DNA from: Bacillota bacterium
Lineage (GTDB): Bacteria > Bacillota > Dethiobacteria > DTU022
Direction of reading: 5' to 3'
Length of the DNA stretch: 63,019 nt
Assembly (NCBI GenBank): GCA_012800855.1
Contig: JAAZIN010000098.1
Span: 1-63,019, forward strand
Shown: positions 56,572 to 63,019 of the stretch, piece after piece
Numbering within the stretch: position 1 is the first letter of the stretch
How the letters are laid out: every line of letters begins with the position of its first letter
Position numbers and translations under genes: made by a program
The notes under the pieces: generated by a model
Told to the model about the DNA's origin: nothing
Seen by the model: only the letters and a program-made list of their open reading frames with translations
Database searches by the model: none

Positions 56572-57713
56572 GCCGGCGCCGGCGCCGCGCCGCCGCAGGG
56601 CAGCTGGAGGTGCTGCCGGGAGGAGGGCGCCCCCATGCCCATCTCAAGCAGGCGGTGGTCTTCTATATCATTCTCGCCCTGACGGCGCTGCTTATCCTGC
56701 AAGCCGGCTACCACTGGATGGGGCCCTTTATCCTGGCCCGGCGCCTGCAGATTGTTACCGCGGAAGAGGGCGTCATGGAGCAGCGCCTGGAAGTGGAAGG
56801 GATGGTCACTCGGCGGGAGCTGCTTCTCGAGGCGCCCTGCTCCGGCATCATTGTGGATCTGGCCCCCGCCGGGGAGAGGGCTGCCGCCGGCACCGTGGCC
56901 GCGGTCCTGGCGCCGCTGACACCGGCGCAGCTGGAGAAGCTGCGGGAAGAAGAGCAGGGGTCCCCAAATATCTGGGAGAAGATTAGGGCCTATCTTGGCC
57001 GCTTGCTCCGGGGCAGGGAGGAGGATAAAGAGGTAGAGGAGGCCGGGCCTCTAATCGTGACTGGGCAGCTGCCGCCCTGGCTCGCGGAAAGGGTGGAGGT
57101 TATTCTCCCGGAGGCCGGCCTGCTGCTGCACCAGCTGGACGGCTGGGAGAATTTTGCCGGCAGCACTTACCTGACGGCGGAGCAGTTTGCCGCCGCTTCA
57201 GGGGAGAACTTCACCGCCGTGGAGGGCCTTTACGTGGAGAAGGGGCGGCCCATCCTGAAGCTTGTGGACAACTGGCAGTGGTATTTTCACTTTCTCCTGC
57301 CGCTGGAAGAGGGGCGCATCATGGCCGCCCGGGAGAAGGCCCTCCTGGAGTTTCCCTTTGCCCCCGGCCGCCCCCTGGCCGCGGATATCGTTGCCGCGGA
57401 GGTCGATGGGGAGAAAAGGGAGGTGCGCCTCAGCTGCCGCATCGAGCGGCAGTTTCCCGGCTACGAGGATCTGCGCTGGCTCAAGGCAGAGCTGATTATG
57501 GAACGGCAGGAAGGGGTAATCATACCGGCAGGGGCGCTGGTGGAGCGGGAAGGGGCTACGGGGATCTACCTCAATCAAGGGGGCAAGGTGAAATTTAAAG
57601 AGGTGACCGTAACCCGGTGCATGGATGAGCGGGCCCTGGTAGAGGGCATTGAGCCAGGCAGCATGGTCATAGCGCGGCCCGAGCTGGTGGAAGAGGGGCA
57701 ACGCCTGAATTAA
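56568..57713 (+). CDS. HlyD-like (membrane-fusion/barrel-sandwich) protein with an N-terminal TM anchor
   Basis: The start is set at TTG 56568 (GGAGAGGTG RBS; it overlaps the pgeF stop). It has an Arg-rich N-terminus, one TM helix (VVFYIILALTALLILQAG), a lipoyl-like hairpin (GMVTRRELLLEAPCSGIIVDL...GTVAAVL), a coiled segment and a C-terminal beta-barrel-like region. The upstream part of the 605-aa track ORF overlaps pgeF out of frame. Confidence 0.7.
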   Translation: MSRRRRRAAAGQLEVLPGGGRPHAHLKQAVVFYIILALTALLILQAGYHWMGPFILARRLQIVTAEEGVMEQRLEVEGMVTRRELLLEAPCSGIIVDLAPAGERAAAGTVAAVLAPLTPAQLEKLREEEQGSPNIWEKIRAYLGRLLRGREEDKEVEEAGPLIVTGQLPPWLAERVEVILPEAGLLLHQLDGWENFAGSTYLTAEQFAAASGENFTAVEGLYVEKGRPILKLVDNWQWYFHFLLPLEEGRIMAAREKALLEFPFAPGRPLAADIVAAEVDGEKREVRLSCRIERQFPGYEDLRWLKAELIMERQEGVIIPAGALVEREGATGIYLNQGGKVKFKEVTVTRCMDERALVEGIEPGSMVIARPELVEEGQRLN

Positions 57714-57787
57714 CGCCCGCCGCTTGAAGCTGGGCCCGGAACCTGGGCCCTAGACCCAGCCTGAAGAAAGCAGCCGGGGAGGGAGAG

Positions 57788-58465
57788 TTGATGCTGGAGA
57801 AAAATCTGCGCCATATTCAAGAGGAGATCGCCGCCGCGGCGCGGCGTGCCGGTCGTTTTCCCGCGGAGGTCCGCCTGGTGGCGGTGACCAAAACCGTGGG
57901 CCCCGACAAAATTCGCCAGGCGGCGGCGCTGGGATTGCGCGATTTCGGGGAGAACCGCCTCCAGGAGGCCAGGCCGAAGCTGCAGCTTTTCCCGGAGCTG
58001 CGCTGGCATTTTATCGGCCACCTGCAGACCAACAAGGTCAAGGAGGTGCTGAACTCTTTTACCCTGATCCATTCCCTGGATCGCTACTCCCTGGCCCAGG
58101 AGCTGCAGCGCCGGGCGGAGCAGCTCGACAGGGAGGCCCGCTGCCTCGTGCAGGTGAACATCTCCGGCGAGAAAAGCAAGTTCGGCCTTTCCGAGGCCGA
58201 GCTGCCCGATTTCCTGGAGGCGATGCGCGAATTTCCCCGCATAAAGATTGAAGGGCTCATGACCATGGCGCCCTACTGCGACGATCCCGAGGAGGCGCGC
58301 CCCGTATTCCGCCGCCTGCGCGAGCTGCAAAGGGAATGGGCCCGCCCGGGCATGGAGCTGAAAGAGCTCTCCATGGGAATGAGCAACGACTACATCGTGG
58401 CCGTGGAGGAGGGGGCGACCCTGGTGCGCATCGGCACGGCCCTCTTTGGCGAGCGGTCAGGGTAA
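57788..58465 (+). CDS. ylmE: YggS/YlmE family pyridoxal-phosphate homeostasis protein
   Basis: The LVAVTKT motif carries the PLP lysine; also HFIGHLQTNK, SMGMSNDY, and VRIGTALFG. Confidence 0.9.
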   Translation: MMLEKNLRHIQEEIAAAARRAGRFPAEVRLVAVTKTVGPDKIRQAAALGLRDFGENRLQEARPKLQLFPELRWHFIGHLQTNKVKEVLNSFTLIHSLDRYSLAQELQRRAEQLDREARCLVQVNISGEKSKFGLSEAELPDFLEAMREFPRIKIEGLMTMAPYCDDPEEARPVFRRLRELQREWARPGMELKELSMGMSNDYIVAVEEGATLVRIGTALFGERSG

Positions 58466-58478
58466 AGGCCGGGTTGGC

Positions 58479-58760
58479 ATGGAGATCCTGGGCAACGGGC
58501 TGTTGATCGCCATACATTTCTACTTGTATGTCCTCCTGGGCCGGATCATCCTCTCCTGGTTCCAGGGCCAGTTTTACCGCTATCCCGTTCTCCGGCAGAT
58601 CTTCCGCTTCTGCTGCCTGCTCACCGAGCCGCTGCTGGCGCCTCTGCGCCGGTTTCTGCCTCCGCTGAGGCTGGGCCTGGGCTACATGGACCTCTCTCCT
58701 CTCGTGCTGTGGCTGCTGCTGCTGGCGGTGCAGGAACTGGCCAGGAGTATCTTTTTCTAA
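58479..58760 (+). CDS. ylmG: YggT/YlmG family membrane protein
   Basis: The ILSWF...LTEPLLAPLRRFLPP...DLSPLV pattern is typical of YggT. The start is set at ATG 58479. Confidence 0.8.
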   Translation: MEILGNGLLIAIHFYLYVLLGRIILSWFQGQFYRYPVLRQIFRFCCLLTEPLLAPLRRFLPPLRLGLGYMDLSPLVLWLLLLAVQELARSIFF

Positions 58761-58781
58761 AGTGGGCAGGAGGACATGCGC

Positions 58782-59114
58782 ATGAACGGTGAACAGAAGG
58801 AGCATTTTACCTCAGGAGCTGAGCCCGGCGCCGCCGCCCAGCACGGCGGCGGCAGGGAAATTAGGGGGACGGTGGCCGCACTGCGCCTGGACGCGGTGAT
58901 GGCCCTGGGCTTCGGCCTCTCCCGCTCGCGGGCGGTCCTCCTCATCAAGGGGGGCCTGGTGCAGGTGAACGGGAAGCTGGTAGAGAGCCCTTCCTGCCGG
59001 CTCAACCCCGGCGACAGCGTTGCCGTTGAGGGCCGCGGCAGGGTTGAGCTCGCCGCGGTGACCGGGCAAAGCCGCAAGGGCAGGGTGGGCGTGATCTTAA
59101 AGAAATTTAAATAA
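58782..59114 (+). CDS. ylmH: short YlmH-like S4-domain RNA-binding protein
   Basis: S4 domain (LRLDAVMALGFGLSRSRAVLLIKGGLVQVNGKLVESPSCRLNPGDSVAVEG) in the ylmG-ylmH-divIVA position. It is only ~110 aa, so the N-terminal and central domains of Bacillus YlmH are missing. Confidence 0.7.
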   Translation: MNGEQKEHFTSGAEPGAAAQHGGGREIRGTVAALRLDAVMALGFGLSRSRAVLLIKGGLVQVNGKLVESPSCRLNPGDSVAVEGRGRVELAAVTGQSRKGRVGVILKKFK

Positions 59115-59201
59115 TGAGCAGGAACGAAGCTGAAGACTGTCGAAAATTATCTTGATTACCTTTTTATTTTGATTGAGTATTAATATGGGGGAGGACTTAA
59201 G

Positions 59202-59732
59202 ATGGCTTTATCACCGCTGGACATTCATAATAAAGAATTTTCGCTCTCATTTCGCGGCTACTCCGTGGAAGAGGTAAACGAATTCCTGGATCGCTTGGCC
59301 AAGGATTTTGAGCAAATCCTGCGCGAAAACATGGAGCTGAAAGACCAGGTCAGCCAGTTGAACGAGAAGATCAAGAGCTACCAGAAGCTCGAGGAGACCA
59401 TGCATAATGCCATTGTCATCGCCCAGGAGGCGGCTGAAGAGGTGAAGGCGAACGCCAACCGCGAGGCCGAGCTGATCCGCCGCGAAGCCGACCGCGAGGC
59501 GCAGCGCATTATCGAGGACGCCCGCTACCGGGCCAGCAGGATCCTAACGGAGCATGATGAGCTCATCAAGCAGGCCCAGGTGTTCAAGATGCGCTTCCGC
59601 TCCTTCATCGAGGCGCAGCTCGCCGCCCTGGAGATGGAGGATTGGATGCCCAAGACGGAGCAAACTCCTCCCCCCGGCGGCCGGCCCAAGCCGGGCGAAA
59701 CGAGGATGAACGAACCTAGTCTGGGCGAATAA
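59202..59732 (+). CDS. divIVA: cell division/septum site protein DivIVA
   Basis: N-terminal lipid-binding domain (LSPLDIHNKEFSLSFRGYSVEEVNEFLD) followed by a coiled coil. Confidence 0.9.
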   Translation: MALSPLDIHNKEFSLSFRGYSVEEVNEFLDRLAKDFEQILRENMELKDQVSQLNEKIKSYQKLEETMHNAIVIAQEAAEEVKANANREAELIRREADREAQRIIEDARYRASRILTEHDELIKQAQVFKMRFRSFIEAQLAALEMEDWMPKTEQTPPPGGRPKPGETRMNEPSLGE

Positions 59733-59769
59733 AGATTGATTATTGGGGATATACTTGGTATAATTTAAC

Positions 59770-60043
59770 CCAACACTGCCATGAGAAAGGCAATGAACGG
59801 GCCAGTAGGCTGCAGGACGGCTCTTGCAGAGAGCCGGGGAGAGGTGCAAGCCCGGTAGAGCGCTGCAGCTGAAGATCTCCCGGGAGTCACCGTGCGAAAT
59901 CCGCGCCAGAGGCGGAGAGTAGACACGGGCGGAGCCCCCGTTAAAGGGCATGCGGAGAGGGGCCGCCGGCGGCAGTGCGGCCGGCGGCTAGCAGGGTGGT
60001 ACCGCGGGAGAAATCTCGTCCCTAACCAGGGAGGAGATTTTTT
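59770..60043 (+). promoter_or_regulatory. T-box riboswitch leader (Ile) with terminator/antiterminator
   Basis: T-box sequence AGGGTGGTACCGCG at 59993-60006. Stem I elements are an AGTA box (59804-59807), AGAGA (59828-59832) and a GGTGCAA distal loop. The candidate specifier is ATC at 59875-59877. The terminator is AAATCTCGTCCCT-aacc-AGGGAGGAGATTT plus a T-run at 60011-60043. Confidence 0.85.
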
Positions 60044-60076
60044 GTTATTATGGGAAGCAGGAGGCGAGGAAGCACG

Positions 60077-62836
60077 ATGGAGGATTACCGTGAGACACTG
60101 AACCTTCCCCGGACCGATTTTCCCATGCGGGCGCAGCTGCCCATGCGGGAACCTGAAATCCTCAAGTACTGGGATAAAATAGATATTTACGGGCTGGTCC
60201 AGCAGCAGCGGCGGGGGGCGCCGAAGTTTATCCTGCACGACGGCCCCCCCTATGCCAACAACGATATCCACATGGGCACTGCCCTGAACAAGGTGCTCAA
60301 GGATTTCGTCATCAAGTACAAGACCATGCGCGGCTTCGACTGCCCCTATGTACCCGGCTGGGATACGCACGGGCTGCCCATTGAGCACCAGATCATCAAA
60401 AGCAGGGGGATTAACCGGAAGGAGGTCTCCCCCGTTGAGTTCCGGCGCATGTGCCGCGATTATGCCCTGGAGTACGTGGATATCCAGCGGGAGCAGTTCC
60501 GCCGCCTGGGGGTGCGGGGCTGCTGGGACCATCCCTACCTCACCCTGGAGAAGGAGTATGAGGCCCGCCAGATAGCTGTTTTCGGGGAGATGGTGGCGAA
60601 AGGCTACATCTACAAGGGCCTCCGGCCGGTCTACTGGTGCACCAGTTGCGAAACTGCCTTGGCCGAGGCCGAAGTGGAGTATGCCGACCACTGCACCGAT
60701 TCCCTTTACGTCAAGTTTCCGGTGATCGACGACCGCGGCCTCCTTGGGGGTGCGGAAGGCACTTACTGCATCATCTGGACGACGACCGCCTGGACCATCC
60801 CGGCCAACCTGGCCATCTGCCTCCATCCCGAGCTCGACTACGTGCTGGCGGAGGCAGGCGGGGAGAAGTACCTTCTTGCCGAGGGGCTGCTGGAAAGCGT
60901 CAGCGCCGAGCTGGGCGGCGGCCCCTGGCAGGTGCGGCGCCGCTTCAAGGGGCGGGAGCTGGAGGGGATTGTCTGCCGCCATCCCCTCTTCGACCGGGAA
61001 TCGCCGCTCATCCTGGGCGAGCACGTCACCCTGGAGCAGGGCACCGGCTGCGTCCATACCGCTCCCGGGCACGGCCTGGAGGACTACGAGGTGGGGCGGC
61101 TCTACAAGCTGCCGGTGCTGAGCCCCATTGACGACCACGGCCACTTTACCGCCGAGGCGGGAGAGTTTGCCGGGATGTCCTATGCCGAGGGCGGCGAGGC
61201 GGTGATCCGGGCGCTGGAGCGAGCGGGAGCCTTGATGAAGGCTTCTTCCTACGAGCACCAGTACCCCCACTGCTGGCGCTGCAAGGAGCCGGTGATTTTC
61301 CGGGCCACGGAGCAGTGGTTCGCCTCCATTGACGGCTTCCGCAAGGAGGCCCTCGAAGCCGTCCGCAAGGTGAAATGGACTCCTCCCTGGGGCGAGGAGC
61401 GCATCTACAACATGATCGCCGAGCGGCAGGACTGGTGCATCTCGCGCCAGCGGATCTGGGGGGTGCCCATCCCCATCTTCTACTGCCGGGAATGCCAGGA
61501 GACGATTATCGATCCCCAGGTCATCGAGGCGGTATCCCGTCTCTTTGCCCAGGAGGGATCCGATGCTTGGTTTGCCCGGGAGGCGGCGGAGATCCTGCCG
61601 CCGGGCTACAAGTGCCCCCGCTGCGGCGGCAGCTCCTTCCGCAAGGAAACAGATACCATGGATGTCTGGTTCGACTCGGGCACGAGCCACTTTGCCGTGC
61701 TCGAGGGGCGCCCGGAGCTGCGCTGGCCGGCGGACCTCTACCTGGAGGGGAGCGACCAGTACCGCGGCTGGTTCCACTCCTCGCTCCTCACGGCGGTGGC
61801 GGTGCGCGGCGAGCCGCCCTACCGCGCCGTCCTCAGCCACGGCTGGGTCGTCGACGGCGAGGGGCGGAAGATGTCCAAGTCGCTGGGCAACGTCATCGCC
61901 CCCGCGGAGATTATCGAGGAATACGGCGCCGATATCCTGCGGCTCTGGGTGGCCTCGGCCGATTATACCAGCGACATCCACCTTTCCCCGGAAATATTGA
62001 AGCAGCTTTCCGAGGTTTACAGGAAAATCCGCAACACCTGCCGCTTCCTCTTGGGGAACTGCTATGATTTCGATCCCTCCAGGGAGGCGGTGGACTACCG
62101 CTCTCTCTCGGAGCTGGACCGCTGGGTGCTGCACCGGCTCGCCCGGCTCATCAAGCGGGTCACGCAGGCGTACGAGGATTACAGCTACCACATCGTCTAC
62201 CAGGCGCTGCACAATTTCTGCACCGTGGACCTGAGCAACTTTTACCTTGACGTGCAGAAAGATCGCCTCTACTGCTCGGCGCCGGATGATCCGGGGCGGC
62301 GGGCCGTGCAGACGGTGATGATGATCGTTCTCGAATGCCTCACCCGGATGATGGCTCCCATACTCACCTTTACCGCCGAGGAGATCTGGCAGCTGCTGCC
62401 CGGCGAGCGCCCGCCCAGCGTCCAGATGGCCGGCTGGCCCGAGGCGGACCCGCAGTGGGAGGACCCGGAGTTGGAGCGGCGCTGGGAGGAGCTGCTGGCG
62501 GTGCGCGGCGAGGCCACCCGCGTCCTCGAGGAGGCGCGCCGGGAGAAGCTCATCCGCGGTTCTCTCGAAGCGGCTCTCGCCATCTGGGCCGAGGGCGATC
62601 TCTACCGGCTGCTGGAGCAGTACCGGGAGCTGCTGGCCGAAATCTTTATCGTCTCTTCCGTGGAACTCCATGAAGGCCTGAACCAGGCGCCTGCCGGGGC
62701 ACAGGAGGGGCAGGAGCTGCCGCTTAAAATAATGGTGAAGAAGGCGCCGGCGGCAAAATGCCCCCGCTGCTGGATCTACGCCGCACCGGCCGAAGGCGAA
62801 CTCTGCCCCCGCTGCCATGCCCTCCTTCACGCCTAG
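60077..62836 (+). CDS. ileS: isoleucyl-tRNA synthetase
   Basis: Class I motifs HMGT (HIGH variant, PYANNDIHMGTA) and KMSKS, the CP1 editing domain, and the C-terminal Zn finger CPRC...CPRC. The start is set at ATG 60077 (GAGGAA 5 nt upstream). Confidence 0.95.
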   Translation: MEDYRETLNLPRTDFPMRAQLPMREPEILKYWDKIDIYGLVQQQRRGAPKFILHDGPPYANNDIHMGTALNKVLKDFVIKYKTMRGFDCPYVPGWDTHGLPIEHQIIKSRGINRKEVSPVEFRRMCRDYALEYVDIQREQFRRLGVRGCWDHPYLTLEKEYEARQIAVFGEMVAKGYIYKGLRPVYWCTSCETALAEAEVEYADHCTDSLYVKFPVIDDRGLLGGAEGTYCIIWTTTAWTIPANLAICLHPELDYVLAEAGGEKYLLAEGLLESVSAELGGGPWQVRRRFKGRELEGIVCRHPLFDRESPLILGEHVTLEQGTGCVHTAPGHGLEDYEVGRLYKLPVLSPIDDHGHFTAEAGEFAGMSYAEGGEAVIRALERAGALMKASSYEHQYPHCWRCKEPVIFRATEQWFASIDGFRKEALEAVRKVKWTPPWGEERIYNMIAERQDWCISRQRIWGVPIPIFYCRECQETIIDPQVIEAVSRLFAQEGSDAWFAREAAEILPPGYKCPRCGGSSFRKETDTMDVWFDSGTSHFAVLEGRPELRWPADLYLEGSDQYRGWFHSSLLTAVAVRGEPPYRAVLSHGWVVDGEGRKMSKSLGNVIAPAEIIEEYGADILRLWVASADYTSDIHLSPEILKQLSEVYRKIRNTCRFLLGNCYDFDPSREAVDYRSLSELDRWVLHRLARLIKRVTQAYEDYSYHIVYQALHNFCTVDLSNFYLDVQKDRLYCSAPDDPGRRAVQTVMMIVLECLTRMMAPILTFTAEEIWQLLPGERPPSVQMAGWPEADPQWEDPELERRWEELLAVRGEATRVLEEARREKLIRGSLEAALAIWAEGDLYRLLEQYRELLAEIFIVSSVELHEGLNQAPAGAQEGQELPLKIMVKKAPAAKCPRCWIYAAPAEGELCPRCHALLHA

Positions 62837-62862
62837 CCGGGAGCCAGCATATTGGTTACACA

Positions 62863-62892
62863 AGGGCTGTCTAAAAGGGCAGCCCTATTGCT
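62863..62892 (+). terminator. hairpin downstream of ileS (weak U-tail)
   Basis: AGGGCTG-10 nt loop-CAGCCCT stem followed by ATTGCTAT. Confidence 0.35.
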
Positions 62893-63019
62893 ATCCTGTC
62901 AACTTTTTTGCTGCGCCCAGAAGGCAATGATGGGTAATCCCGCAATGGACAGCCGCGAATCTCTCATCTCTCAATTGACGAGCCGCCCGATGTGGAGGGA
63001 CACGCCCGGTCCGGCGTAG

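Noticed and set aside
59138-59144. Perfect Spo0A box TGTCGAA upstream of divIVA.
   Set aside because: A single 7-mer occurrence has little statistical weight, and no second box or matching promoter geometry was seen.
59765-62863. Very long minus-strand ORFs opposite real genes: the 1032-aa ORF antisense to ileS, and also 27571-29445, 24722-26731, 22104-23879, 18112-19467 and 16685-17713.
   Set aside because: They lie antisense to genes with unambiguous conserved motifs. Their products are low-complexity Arg/Gly/Ala/Pro-rich sequences with no RBS-supported starts. This is the expected stop-codon-poor antisense frame in GC-rich DNA.
62891-63019. Possible 3' end of a minus-strand gene at the window edge (open frame reading ...RDERFAAVHCGITHHCLLGAAKKLTG*), or a 30-codon plus-strand ORF from ATG 62929.
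   Set aside because: The sequence is too short and truncated by the window end. There are no recognisable motifs and the codon bias is mediocre, so neither can be supported.

Overview
GC-rich chromosomal segment from an endospore-forming Firmicute (Clostridia-like; this placement is an inference from gene content and order). Almost all real genes are on the + strand, and most long minus-strand ORFs in the track are high-GC artefacts. Gene order runs: MBL hydrolase, CotF-like coat protein, then a lower-GC accessory patch. The patch holds a decayed GNAT fragment, a sigma-54 promoter, two tandem formate/nitrite-transporter (FNT) paralogs flanking a small Cys-rich ORF, an Fe-alcohol dehydrogenase, a GAF-PAS histidine kinase and a sigma-54 response regulator. 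Next come three minus-strand transporter genes (ABC-2 permease, ABC ATPase, MFS), fdhD, a P-loop/Asp23 fusion protein, and a partial his cluster (hisD-hisB-hisA-hisI-PHP phosphatase). After that: ogt, secDF, recJ, relA, dtd, one continuous ORF encoding HisRS fused in frame to AspRS, a holin-like gene and a likely 6S RNA. The complete dcw cluster follows (mraZ to ftsZ), then spoIIGA-sigE-sigG, and a ylm/divIVA region interrupted by nrdR-nrdD-nrdG and a HlyD-like gene. The window ends with a T-box leader and ileS. No CRISPR arrays, tRNA/rRNA genes or intact mobile elements were seen. The most interesting observations are four. (1) An unrecognised C-X15-C-X18-C-X7-C module occurs three times: fused to both FNT channels and free-standing between them, behind a textbook sigma-54 promoter and near a sigma-54 two-component system. 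(2) hisS has no stop codon and reads straight into aspS. (3) A structured, terminator-capped non-coding segment lies between the 6S-like RNA and mraZ. (4) Several unannotated small ORFs and operator-like repeats are present.
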